64,000 nucleotides of DNA from Devosia sp. (lineage in GTDB: Bacteria; Pseudomonadota; Alphaproteobacteria; Rhizobiales; Devosiaceae). A program made the position numbers and the translations under genes. The stretch lies in assembly GCA_017794705.1 (NCBI GenBank), contig CP051235.1:247010-311009 (forward strand). The letters are read 5' to 3'. Positions 20,528 through 30,430 of the stretch are shown piece by piece. The notes under the pieces were generated by a model. That model was not told the origin of the DNA and searched no databases. It was given only the letters and a program-made list of their open reading frames with translations. Each line of letters starts with the position of its first letter. Position 1 is the first letter of the stretch.

Positions 20528-22111
20528 ATGGTGTGGAAGTTTTGGGGGCGGGTTTGTGTATTGCTGGTGGCAGCGGCCGCGACGGGGACGGCGATCGCGC
20601 AGGACCTTGTCGGGACGACCCTCAACCGCAGCCAAAAATTCGAACTCGGCGCTGATCTGGGTCTTGGGCACACCTATCATCCGAGCTTGAACAACAATTT
20701 CCAGGACTGGGGCGCGCAGACTGTTTCGGAATCTGACGGATTTCCTGTCCGGCTGGGCGAGCAAAGCATCCGGTTCGAGACGCGGGAAGGGGTTTGTGGC
20801 TGGGACGGCGAATTCTGGAGCGATTGCGAGAATGGCCGCAACCGGCACGAACTGACGTCCTCTTCGGATGCCGAGCCTTCCGACACTGATCTCTGGTACT
20901 CATTGAGCGTGTTCATTCCGGAAGAGTTTGACTCGCCCCGAAACATCGGGACAACGATCTTCCAGTTCTGGTCTGGCGGGCTCGATAGCTGGTCGTTCAA
21001 ATACGACACGGGGGTTGGGTTTTATCTGCGGCACCAATTGAGAAATGACGTCAAGGTGCTGGTGGCGGACGGCAGCGCCAAGGGGCGATGGATCGACTTG
21101 ACCTGGCGCATTCGCCACAGCCTCAGGGACACCGGCTCTATGACCGTGTGGGTGGATGGCGGGGTTGCCTATGACTACGCCGGGCGCACCAACCACGGCG
21201 ACGACCCAGACGCGCCGAACTATTTCAAGTTTGGTATCTACAACACCGCATTGGGGGCTGATGGGGCGCCGGTGGATGGGGCCTCAAACGGCAACGGCGA
21301 GGGGCTGCCGAACCTGCATCTGTTTTTCGACGAGGTGCGCTATGCGCGTTCGTGCGCAGAACTGGGGCTGGAAGACCTGGGATATGACTGTTCGGACTTT
21401 TCGTACGAAGGGGCGGATCGTGAGTTGGTTCGGCAACTGCAGACAGCTTTATACGAACTGGGCTGTGACGTGGGGACGGCCGACGGGATCATCGGACGCC
21501 GGACGTTGGAAGCGGCGAAGAATTGCCGCTTTTTCGGGCCGGGCGAACTGCCGCCGGTGCTCGCGGCGGGGAACCTTGAAAGATTTGTGGAACTCTACCA
21601 GACCGCTGTCAGTGACAACATGGAAGCAACGGAACGGCTCGAGATCGTGTCGACCTTTTCGGAGGTGGTGGGCGGCAACAGCGACAATGCGCTGAGTGTT
21701 GAGGCCAAATATGGCGAGGTCGATCTTGATTTCATCCTGGTCGGCAATTTCTCCGACGATGGAACCTCTCCCTGGTTGTCGATCCTGTTGAAGGATCATC
21801 TGGAGCCGGAATATGCACAGAAGGTGACAGACTGTATTGGTGGGCGAATTCAGGAGTGGGGGGATGGCACAGTGCATGCCGACCTGCCGCTTGCCCGCGA
21901 ACAACAGAACGGCTGGTCTTTGCGTGATTCAGAGTGCTTCACCGGTGCCTTGCCAACTGAAACAAGCGAGGAACTGAACGTGTTGCTGGAGCGGTTTCAG
22001 ATGGTCGCCGCCACCGTGAACGCGGAAGGGTATGACGGCACTGGTGATGAGGGGCTGACGCGCTTTCTGCAAAGGGTGGCAGACGGTGAGATTACTGTCG
22101 GCGCGAACTGA
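20528..22111 (+). CDS. secreted multidomain protein: polysaccharide-lyase-like (heparin lyase I/PF14099-type) domain + PG_binding_1 domain + unknown C-terminal domain
   Basis: Signal peptide MVWKFWGRVCVLLVAAAATGTAIAQ. The core W..LTWRIRHS..GSMTVWVDG..YFKFGIYN..LFFDEVRY resembles the jelly-roll polysaccharide lyase family. LVRQLQTALYELGCDVGTADGIIGRRTLEA is a peptidoglycan-binding repeat. I do not recognise the last ~180 aa. Confidence 0.55.
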   Translation: MVWKFWGRVCVLLVAAAATGTAIAQDLVGTTLNRSQKFELGADLGLGHTYHPSLNNNFQDWGAQTVSESDGFPVRLGEQSIRFETREGVCGWDGEFWSDCENGRNRHELTSSSDAEPSDTDLWYSLSVFIPEEFDSPRNIGTTIFQFWSGGLDSWSFKYDTGVGFYLRHQLRNDVKVLVADGSAKGRWIDLTWRIRHSLRDTGSMTVWVDGGVAYDYAGRTNHGDDPDAPNYFKFGIYNTALGADGAPVDGASNGNGEGLPNLHLFFDEVRYARSCAELGLEDLGYDCSDFSYEGADRELVRQLQTALYELGCDVGTADGIIGRRTLEAAKNCRFFGPGELPPVLAAGNLERFVELYQTAVSDNMEATERLEIVSTFSEVVGGNSDNALSVEAKYGEVDLDFILVGNFSDDGTSPWLSILLKDHLEPEYAQKVTDCIGGRIQEWGDGTVHADLPLAREQQNGWSLRDSECFTGALPTETSEELNVLLERFQMVAATVNAEGYDGTGDEGLTRFLQRVADGEITVGAN

Positions 22112-22136
22112 CCGTACGGATACGCTAGGGATTGAA

Positions 22137-22316
22137 GTGGCGGACATCATCAATCTGAAACAGGTCCGGAAACGCCGGGAAAAGGCGGAAAAGGAAAAGC
22201 GCGCCGAGACAAACCGGGCGCGCTTTGGCCGCACTAAGGTGGAGCGACAGGGTGAAGAAACTGCGCGGGTCAAGGCGGAGAAGTCGCTCGACCAGCACAG
22301 GCTCGATGAAGACTGA
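22137..22316 (+). CDS. DUF4169 family small basic protein
   Basis: VADIINLKQVRKRREKAEKEKRAETNRARFGRTKVER fits the DUF4169 pattern from memory. The GTG at 22137 was chosen to avoid overlap with the upstream gene. Confidence 0.55.
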   Translation: MADIINLKQVRKRREKAEKEKRAETNRARFGRTKVERQGEETARVKAEKSLDQHRLDED

Positions 22317-22742
22317 CTACCAGTGGGCGACCCGGTCGCGCCCGACAAACTGGGCGCTTTCGGCCGTATATTCGAACAGTTCGATTTTCACGCCATTCGG
22401 ATCGGTGATCCAGGATTGCCATGTGTCGTCACATCCGTTGGCCTTGTCGGTAGCTGTGACGCCCTGGGCGCGGATATGGGCGATGGCCTCGTCGATGTTT
22501 TCGACTTCGAGGCAGATGTGGTTGATCTGGTTGCGGTCGGAGAACTCGCTGGCTTCCTTATGGAAAACCTCGATGTGTGTCCGGTTTCCGGCATCGAGGT
22601 AATAGCCGAAAATCTTGCCGTCACGAGTGAAGTTGAACACCCGTTCCATGCCGAGAACGCGGGAATACCAGTCTGACGTCACGTCGATATCGTGCGCCCA
22701 GATGCAGGCGTGGGCGACCTGCTTGACGATTTTCTTGCTCAT
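22317..22742 (-). CDS. VOC (glyoxalase/bleomycin resistance/dioxygenase) family protein
   Basis: MSKKIVKQVAHACIWAHDIDVTSDWYSRVLG..INHICLEVENIDEAI has two VOC beta-alpha-beta-beta-beta modules. A strong RBS GAGGAGG precedes the ATG at 22742. Confidence 0.7.
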   Translation of the reverse strand: MSKKIVKQVAHACIWAHDIDVTSDWYSRVLGMERVFNFTRDGKIFGYYLDAGNRTHIEVFHKEASEFSDRNQINHICLEVENIDEAIAHIRAQGVTATDKANGCDDTWQSWITDPNGVKIELFEYTAESAQFVGRDRVAHW

Positions 22743-22902
22743 GATGTTCCTCCTCAATTCTCAAACGGCAATATTATCGTTCATACAGCGTCATAGATTG
22801 AGTTGAGGGCAAGGGCAAGCATTGGCTGGGGTATTCAGAAATGCAGCTTGGGCAACCCACAAGAATCTCTCAGAATGCGACAAAAGGGAAAGGACAGGGG
22901 CC

Positions 22903-23475
22903 ATGCGCATTTGCGTGTTTTGCGGGTCGCGGGCGGGCGAGCCTGAGGTGTTTGCCGAGGCGGCGCGGCGCGTCGGCAAGCTGCTGGGCGAACAGGGGAT
23001 CGACCTGGTCTATGGCGGTGGACATGTGGGGCTGATGGGAATTGTGGCCGATGCCACGCTTCAACATGGCGGCAAGGTCTATGGCGTCATTCCCGAAGCG
23101 TTGGCGCAAAAGGAACTGGCGCACGCCGGGTTGACGGAGCTGTTCACCGTGCGGGACATGCATGCCCGCAAGCTGAAAATGGCCGACCTCGCCGACGCGT
23201 TCGTGGCGCTGCCGGGTGGGGCCGGGACGATGGAAGAGATTTTTGAGCAGTGGACCTGGCTGCAGCTTTCCATCCACGACAAGCCTTGCGGCTTTCTGGA
23301 GGTGGCCGGGTACTATGCGCCGCTTCAGCAAATGATCGGCAACATGGTGACGCACGGGTTTCTGAGCCGGGATCATGCCGACATGGTGATGTTCTCGGAC
23401 AGTTTTGAAGCGCTGATCGACAGGTTCCGCAGTTTTAAGGCGCCCAAGCCGAAATGGGAAGATCTGGCGGGGTAG
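22903..23475 (+). CDS. LOG family (TIGR00730) nucleotide 5'-monophosphate nucleosidase / cytokinin-activating-like protein
   Basis: MRICVFCGSRAG..LVYGGGHVGLMG..PGGAGTMEEIFE carries the LOG family PGGxGTxxE motif. Confidence 0.8.
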   Translation: MRICVFCGSRAGEPEVFAEAARRVGKLLGEQGIDLVYGGGHVGLMGIVADATLQHGGKVYGVIPEALAQKELAHAGLTELFTVRDMHARKLKMADLADAFVALPGGAGTMEEIFEQWTWLQLSIHDKPCGFLEVAGYYAPLQQMIGNMVTHGFLSRDHADMVMFSDSFEALIDRFRSFKAPKPKWEDLAG

Positions 23476-23520
23476 CACGCCGCAGGACCGAACGGAAACG
23501 GATTAACCGGGGAGGGCGAC

Positions 23521-24138
23521 TTGCTGATCCTTATTGTATTTTACATTGCCATCTGCGTTGAAGCGGTGACTGCGGCATTGAGCGCCGGGCGGCGCAACAT
23601 GGACTGGCTGGGGGTTTGCCTGCTTGCCTGTGCAACGGCGCTGGGCGGCGGGTCGACGCGGGACGTGCTGCTGGGACACCACCCGCTGCCCTGGGTCGAG
23701 AACCCGCATTACATTATCGTCGTGTGTTGTGCGGCGCTGGCGACCATTGCCCTGGCCCGCTATCTTGATCGGCTGAAAATGCTGTTCCTGTTGCTGGACG
23801 CATTGGGGCTTGTTGTTTTCACCATCATCGGCTGCAATGTTGCGATCGAGATGGGGCAGCCGATGCTGATCGTGATCGTTGCCGGAATGATCACCGGATG
23901 CACGGGTGGTGTTATCCGGGACGTGTTGTGCAACGAAGTGCCGCTGCTGTTTCGCGGTGAGCTTTATGCAACCGTTTCGATCTTTACAGGGGCGCTCTAT
24001 TTAGGCGGGCTAAGCCTTGGGCTGCAGCAGGACCTGGTGGTGATTGTGGCGGTGGCGGCCGGATTCACGCTGCGGGCGCTGGCCATCTTGCGGAAGTGGC
24101 ACATGCCCAGTTTCGTTTACAACAAGGACTGGCATTAG
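23521..24138 (+). CDS. trimeric intracellular cation channel family (UPF0126/YadS-like) membrane protein
   Basis: Two repeats of the UPF0126 glycine-rich motif are present (ALGGGSTRDVLL and GCTGGVIRDVL). TTG start follows RBS GGGGAGGG. Confidence 0.7.
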   Translation: MLILIVFYIAICVEAVTAALSAGRRNMDWLGVCLLACATALGGGSTRDVLLGHHPLPWVENPHYIIVVCCAALATIALARYLDRLKMLFLLLDALGLVVFTIIGCNVAIEMGQPMLIVIVAGMITGCTGGVIRDVLCNEVPLLFRGELYATVSIFTGALYLGGLSLGLQQDLVVIVAVAAGFTLRALAILRKWHMPSFVYNKDWH

Positions 24139-24148
24139 GAGGACGGGA

Positions 24149-25087
24149 ATGCCGAGGACAGTGGTTATTGGTGGATCGGGCCATATCGGCTCCTATCTGG
24201 TGCCGAATCTTGTTGCCGCCGGGCACGAGGTGATCAACGTCGTACGCGGAGAGTCCAAGCCTTACAGATCAAGCCGGACGTGGGAGAGTGTGCGGACGGA
24301 AATTGCGGACCGGACTGCGGAGGAAACGGCGGGCAGATTCGGGGATCACATCGCTTCGATGAAGCCGGATGTTGTGGTCGACATGATTTGCTTCACGCAG
24401 GACAGCGCCATGCAACTGGCCGAGGCGCTGAAGGGCAAGATCAGCCATCTCATTCACATCGGGACGATCTGGGTGCACGGGTACAGCGTGCAGACGCCGA
24501 CACGGGAAAGCGATGCGCGGGCGCCGTTTGGCGACTATGGCGTGCAGAAATCTCAGATCGAGGACTATCTGCTGGGTCTGGCGCGGCGTGGCGATTTGCC
24601 GGCGACGGTGGTTCGTCCGGGGCACATTGTGGGGCCGGGCTGGGCGCCGCTCAATCCGCAGGGACATTTCAACCCGGATGTCTTCCGCACGATCAGGGAT
24701 GGCAAGAAGCTTGCGATCCCCAATTTCGGGCTGGAGACGGTTCATCACGTGCATGCGGAAGATGTTGCGCAGGTGGTGTTCAAATCGATCCAGAACTGGG
24801 GCGCGGCCAATGGCGAGGCGTTCAACGCGGTGTCGCCGGCGGCCTTGACACTGCGGGGGTACGCCGAGGCGATGTTCGCCTTTTTCGGGCACGCGCCCAA
24901 TATCGAGTTCATGCCGTTCGAAGCGTGGAAGGGCACGGTTTCGGCAGATGAAGCGCAAGCGACGTGGGAGCACATAGCGCGCTCGCCGTCGCATTCGATC
25001 GAGAAGGCGCAGCGGCTATTGGGATATACGCCATTCTATTCGAGCCTTGATGCTGTCAAGCAGAGTGTGTCGACCTTGCTTGCCTAG
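24149..25087 (+). CDS. NAD-dependent epimerase/dehydratase (extended SDR) family protein
   Basis: MPRTVVIGGSGHIGSYLV is a GxxGxxG Rossmann motif, with YGVQK (YxxxK) downstream. RBS GGAGGA precedes the ATG at 24149. Confidence 0.75.
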   Translation: MPRTVVIGGSGHIGSYLVPNLVAAGHEVINVVRGESKPYRSSRTWESVRTEIADRTAEETAGRFGDHIASMKPDVVVDMICFTQDSAMQLAEALKGKISHLIHIGTIWVHGYSVQTPTRESDARAPFGDYGVQKSQIEDYLLGLARRGDLPATVVRPGHIVGPGWAPLNPQGHFNPDVFRTIRDGKKLAIPNFGLETVHHVHAEDVAQVVFKSIQNWGAANGEAFNAVSPAALTLRGYAEAMFAFFGHAPNIEFMPFEAWKGTVSADEAQATWEHIARSPSHSIEKAQRLLGYTPFYSSLDAVKQSVSTLLA

Positions 25088-25129
25088 CGCAGTTTCGGGC
25101 GTCTTTCATTCTTCACGGCGCCGGTATAA

Positions 25130-26443
<1,314 letters not shown>

Positions 26444-26447
26444 TCCC

Positions 26448-26816
26448 ATTTCTGTCGAACTCGCAGAGATCGGCGGGCATCGCTTCGCGGTGTTGCCGGC
26501 GGACGGCCCCTTGCTGGACAGCGAACAGGCCGCGCTGGACCTGATCGGCGAAGCGTGGGGTGTCGAGTTTGATGTGATCGTGATCCCGAAGGCGCGGCTG
26601 GCGCCGGCGTTTCTGGAGCTGAAGTCGACGCTGCTGGGGCAGGTGACGCAGAAGTTCGTGAACTACAATGTGCGCGCGGGCTTTGTGGGTGACTTTTCCG
26701 ACGAAATGGCGGTGAGCCGCGCATTCAATGACTATGTCTATGAAGCCAATCAGGGTGGACGGTTGCTGTTTGCGCGTGACCTCGAGGATTTGGCCGGACT
26801 GCTCGCGGATCGCTGA
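26448..26816 (+). CDS. DUF4180 domain protein, possibly initiated at a non-canonical ATT (alternative: GTG 26490)
   Basis: LPADGPLLDSEQAALDLIGEAW..PAFLELKSTLLGQVTQKFVNY is DUF4180-like. See the finding on the start codon for details. Confidence 0.6.
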   Translation: MSVELAEIGGHRFAVLPADGPLLDSEQAALDLIGEAWGVEFDVIVIPKARLAPAFLELKSTLLGQVTQKFVNYNVRAGFVGDFSDEMAVSRAFNDYVYEANQGGRLLFARDLEDLAGLLADR

Positions 26817-26891
26817 GCAAGCACTGTTTGGCAACAGACACTTAACCGGTTTGGACTAGGGTAACGGAACCGCGCAAAGGATGTTCCTGCC

Positions 26892-27215
26892 TTGATGTCC
26901 ACCCGTCTGAAACGCCCGTCGCTTCTGCGTCAGCTGAGCGTAACCGCGCTTTTGCTTGGGTCGTTGACCTATCTTGGGATCAGCGCATTGACCGGGCAAT
27001 TCGGTTTTGAAAGCAAGGAGCAGTTGCTTGAGGACATCCAGGTGCTGAGTGCCGAGAAGGCACGGCTGGCTGCCCGTATCGAAGACTACAATAAGCGAAT
27101 TGCGCTGCTTGATCCGCAAAGGCTTGATCCGGACATGCTGACTGAACGGGCGCGGATTTCGCTGTCCATGGCGCATCCGGATGATATTCTGGTCATCCTG
27201 CCGGAAAATAACTGA
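26892..27215 (+). CDS. ftsB: septum formation initiator (FtsB/DivIC family)
   Basis: 107 aa with an N-terminal TM segment followed by a coiled coil (KEQLLEDIQVLSAEKARLAARIEDYNKRIALLD). Position between eno and pdhA is typical of Rhizobiales. The start may be TTG 26892 or ATG 26895. Confidence 0.65.
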   Translation: MMSTRLKRPSLLRQLSVTALLLGSLTYLGISALTGQFGFESKEQLLEDIQVLSAEKARLAARIEDYNKRIALLDPQRLDPDMLTERARISLSMAHPDDILVILPENN

Positions 27216-27420
27216 CTTTCAGTTGATTTACTGGATTAGCTGATAACAGGTTAATCCTGCTTCATAGGGCGGAATTCAAGGCGTCAATCTGGACATTTCC
27301 GGCCGGAATTGCACTTTGCGATTGGCGGATTTTGCACCTATGCTTTCGCGATTGCCGGCGCAGGTTCAGACTGCGCGGCGCATGTCCCGGCCACTTGTCC
27401 ACGATAGCGGAGGCACCTGA

Positions 27421-28458
27421 ATGGCCCGCAAGGCGACCACCACCAAAAAACCAGCCGCAGCCAGATCCCGCGCATCCAAATCGAACGCGCCCACGTTCAC
27501 CAAGGAAGAAGAGCTTCACGCCTACCGCGAAATGCTACTGATCCGCCGTTTCGAGGAAAAGGCGGGGCAGATGTACGGCATGGGGCTGATCGGCGGGTTC
27601 TGTCACCTCTACATCGGCCAGGAAGCAGTTGTAACCGGCATTCAGATGGCCGCCACGGACGATGATTCCTCGATCACCGGCTATCGCGACCATGGTCACA
27701 TGCTGGCGGTGGGAATGGACCCCAACGGGATCATGGCGGAACTGACAGGGCGTGGCGGCGGCCTTTCCAAGGGGAAGGGCGGCTCAATGCACATGTTCTC
27801 GGTGGACAAGAAGTTTTACGGCGGCAATGGCATCGTCGGTGCGCAGGTGTCGCTGGGGACCGGCATCGCCTTTGCCATGAAATACAAGGGTGAGGACAAT
27901 GTCTCGCTGACCTATTTCGGTGACGGGGCCTCGAACCAGGGTCAGGTCTATGAGAGTTTCAACATGGCCAAGCTCTGGAGCCTGCCGGTCGTCTACATCA
28001 TCGAGAACAATCAGTACGGCATGGGCACTTCGGTGGCACGTGCCTCATCGACCACCGATTTGAGCCAGCGCGGCGCCAGCTTCGGGATTCCCGGGGAGCA
28101 GGTGGATGGTATGGACGTACGGTTCGTTCGCGAAGCGGCGCAGCGCGCCATCGAGCATGCGCGCTCGGGCAAGGGGCCGTATATCCTTGAAATGCTGACC
28201 TACCGCTATCGCGGTCACTCCATGTCTGACCCGGCCAAATACCGGTCCAAGGATGAAGTGCAGTCGATGCGCGGCGAGCGCGATCCGATCGAGCAGGTGA
28301 AGGCGCGCATTCTCGCCGAGGAATATGCGTCCGAGGACGAGTTGAAGGAAATCGACAAGGAAGTCCGGGCAATCGTGAAAGAGGCAGAGGACTTTGCCAC
28401 GAACGATCCGGAACCCGATGCGTCCGAACTGTGGACCGATGTGATGGTGGAGGCCTGA
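27421..28458 (+). CDS. pdhA: pyruvate dehydrogenase E1 alpha subunit
   Basis: MLLIRRFEEKAGQMYGMGLIGGFCHLYIGQEAV..YRYRGHSMSDP are ThDP-binding E1 alpha motifs. Confidence 0.9.
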   Translation: MARKATTTKKPAAARSRASKSNAPTFTKEEELHAYREMLLIRRFEEKAGQMYGMGLIGGFCHLYIGQEAVVTGIQMAATDDDSSITGYRDHGHMLAVGMDPNGIMAELTGRGGGLSKGKGGSMHMFSVDKKFYGGNGIVGAQVSLGTGIAFAMKYKGEDNVSLTYFGDGASNQGQVYESFNMAKLWSLPVVYIIENNQYGMGTSVARASSTTDLSQRGASFGIPGEQVDGMDVRFVREAAQRAIEHARSGKGPYILEMLTYRYRGHSMSDPAKYRSKDEVQSMRGERDPIEQVKARILAEEYASEDELKEIDKEVRAIVKEAEDFATNDPEPDASELWTDVMVEA

Positions 28459-28461
28459 GCG

Positions 28462-29868
28462 ATGCCGACCGATATTCTCATGCCCGCCCTGTCACCGACC
28501 ATGGAAGAGGGCACGCTGGCCAAATGGATGGTCAAGGAGGGTGACAGCGTTGCCCCGGGCGACGTGATTGCAGAGATCGAGACCGACAAGGCGACGATGG
28601 AAGTCGAGGCGGTCGATGAGGGCACCATCGGCAAGATTTTCGTGGCTGAAGGAACTGAGGGTGTGAAGGTGAACACGCCGATCGCCGCGCTGCTGGGCGA
28701 AGGCGAAAGCGTAGATGAGGTGAAAACGCCGGAAGTCACCGCTGAGGATCCCAAAGAATCCGAGAAGCCGGGAGCTGATGAAGAGACATCCGCCAAATCC
28801 CAGCCGGAAGTGAAGACAAAATCCTCACCTGCCGCGCCGCAATTCGAACCCGACAGCGATCCGGACCTGCCGGACGACGTCGAAATGGTCGAAATGACCG
28901 TGCGTCAGGCGCTGAACGAGGCGATGGCCGAGGAAATGCGCAAGGACGAGAATGTTTTCGTCATGGGTGAAGAGGTGGCCGAGTATCAGGGTGCCTACAA
29001 GGTCACCCAGGGGCTGTTGGCGGAATTTGGCGCCAAGCGCGTGGTCGATACGCCGATCACTGAGCACGGCTTTGCCGGTCTGGGCGTGGGTGCGAGTTTT
29101 TACGGGCTGCGGCCAATCATCGAGTTCATGACGTTCAATTTTGCCATGCAGGCGATCGACCAGATCATCAACTCAGCCGCCAAGCAGCTGTACATGTCCG
29201 GTGGGCAGGTGCACGCGCCGATTGTGTTCCGTGGGCCGAACGGGGTGGCGTCACGTGTGGGCGCGCAGCACAGCCAGGATTACACTTCGTGGTATTCGCA
29301 CGTGCCGGGACTGACTGTGATTGCACCCTACAGCGCTGCTGACGCCAAGGGATTGTTGAAGGCCGCAATCCGTTCTCCAAATCCGGTTGTTTTCCTCGAA
29401 AACGAATTGCTCTACGGCGCGACGTTCGAAGTGCCCAAGGTTGACGATCTTGTGCTGCCAATCGGCAAGGCGCGGATTGCGCGCAAGGGTACTGACGTGA
29501 CCATCGTTTCCTATTCCATAGGCATGCGTTACGCGACGGAAGCGGCCGAAAAGCTGGTGGGAGAGGGTGTTGATGTTGAATTGATCGACCTCAGGACCAT
29601 TCGCCCGCTGGATATGGCGACCGTGATTGAATCGGTGAAGAAGACCGGGCGGTGCGTGACCGTCGAGGAGGGCTGGAAACAGAACTCGGTTGGCTCATAC
29701 ATCGCCGCGCAGCTGATGACTGACGCTTTCGATTACCTCGACGCGCCGGTGCTTTCGATCACCGGCAAGGACGTGCCGATGCCGTACGCCGCAAACCTTG
29801 AGAAGCTGGCGTTGCCGAACGCGGATGAGGTGATCGAGGCCGTCAATCAGGTGACGTACCGGAGCTGA
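28462..29868 (+). CDS. pdhB: pyruvate dehydrogenase E1 beta subunit with N-terminal lipoyl domain
   Basis: The N-terminal lipoyl domain ([12 protein letters not shown]) is followed by an Ala/Pro/Glu linker and the transketolase-like E1 beta core. This is the alphaproteobacterial architecture. Confidence 0.9.
   Translation: MPTDILMPALSPTMEEGTLAKWMVKEGDSVAPGDVIAEIETDKATMEVEAVDEGTIGKIFVAEGTEGVKVNTPIAALLGEGESVDEVKTPEVTAEDPKESEKPGADEETSAKSQPEVKTKSSPAAPQFEPDSDPDLPDDVEMVEMTVRQALNEAMAEEMRKDENVFVMGEEVAEYQGAYKVTQGLLAEFGAKRVVDTPITEHGFAGLGVGASFYGLRPIIEFMTFNFAMQAIDQIINSAAKQLYMSGGQVHAPIVFRGPNGVASRVGAQHSQDYTSWYSHVPGLTVIAPYSAADAKGLLKAAIRSPNPVVFLENELLYGATFEVPKVDDLVLPIGKARIARKGTDVTIVSYSIGMRYATEAAEKLVGEGVDVELIDLRTIRPLDMATVIESVKKTGRCVTVEEGWKQNSVGSYIAAQLMTDAFDYLDAPVLSITGKDVPMPYAANLEKLALPNADEVIEAVNQVTYRS
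28480..28707 (+). repeat. lipoyl-domain coding repeat, copy 1 (in pdhB)
   Basis: About 228 nt are highly similar to 31297..31524. This includes an identical 38-mer GAGATCGAGACCGACAAGGCGACGATGGAAGTCGAGGC at 28573..28610. Confidence 0.8.
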
Positions 29869-29872
29869 AGAT

Positions 29873-30325
29873 TTGAACGTGGACCGCTCGCAGGACAGGA
29901 AGTTTCTGGATGCAGCCTATGCAGAGGCGCAGAAGGGCTTGTCTGAGGGCGGGATTCCAATTGGGTCGGTGTTGGTGCGGAACGGTGAGATCATTGGGCG
30001 TGGGCACAATCAGAGGGTGCAGAAGGGCGATCCGATCCTGCACGGGGAAATGGATGCGATACAAAACGCAGGGCGGCAGAACACCTATACAGACGTTACC
30101 TGCTACACGACGCTCAGCCCCTGCATGATGTGCACCGGCACGATCATCCAATTTGGTATTTCGCGGGTGGTCGTGGGGGAATCGCGCAATTTCAAGGGTT
30201 TCCAGGATGTTTTGTCGCTGGCCGGCGTGGTGGTGGACGATCACGACGACGCCAGCTGTATCCGGATGATGGAAGAGTTCATCGACGCGCATCCCGAACT
30301 CTGGAATGAAGACATTGGTGAGTGA
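29873..30325 (+). CDS. FCY1-type cytosine deaminase (CMP/dCMP zinc-binding deaminase fold)
   Basis: GGIPIGSVLV..GRGHNQRVQKGDPILHGEMDAIQNAG..YTTLSPCMMCTGTII..VVVGE..FIDAHPELWNEDIGE is collinear with yeast Fcy1 as recalled, including the C-terminal W.EDIGE. Zn ligands HxE and PCxxC are present. TTG at 29873 lies 8 nt after GGAG; GTG 29879 is an alternative. Confidence 0.8.
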   Translation: MNVDRSQDRKFLDAAYAEAQKGLSEGGIPIGSVLVRNGEIIGRGHNQRVQKGDPILHGEMDAIQNAGRQNTYTDVTCYTTLSPCMMCTGTIIQFGISRVVVGESRNFKGFQDVLSLAGVVVDDHDDASCIRMMEEFIDAHPELWNEDIGE

Positions 30326-30430
30326 CTTGAGCCAGCGGTCCGCTAAAAATGCGATCTTGTCATGCGACAGCGTGCTCCTTGGAGGCGGCGGGCGCCCACG
30401 GGGCGCTTTGGCAGCACGACGGTGGCAGGC

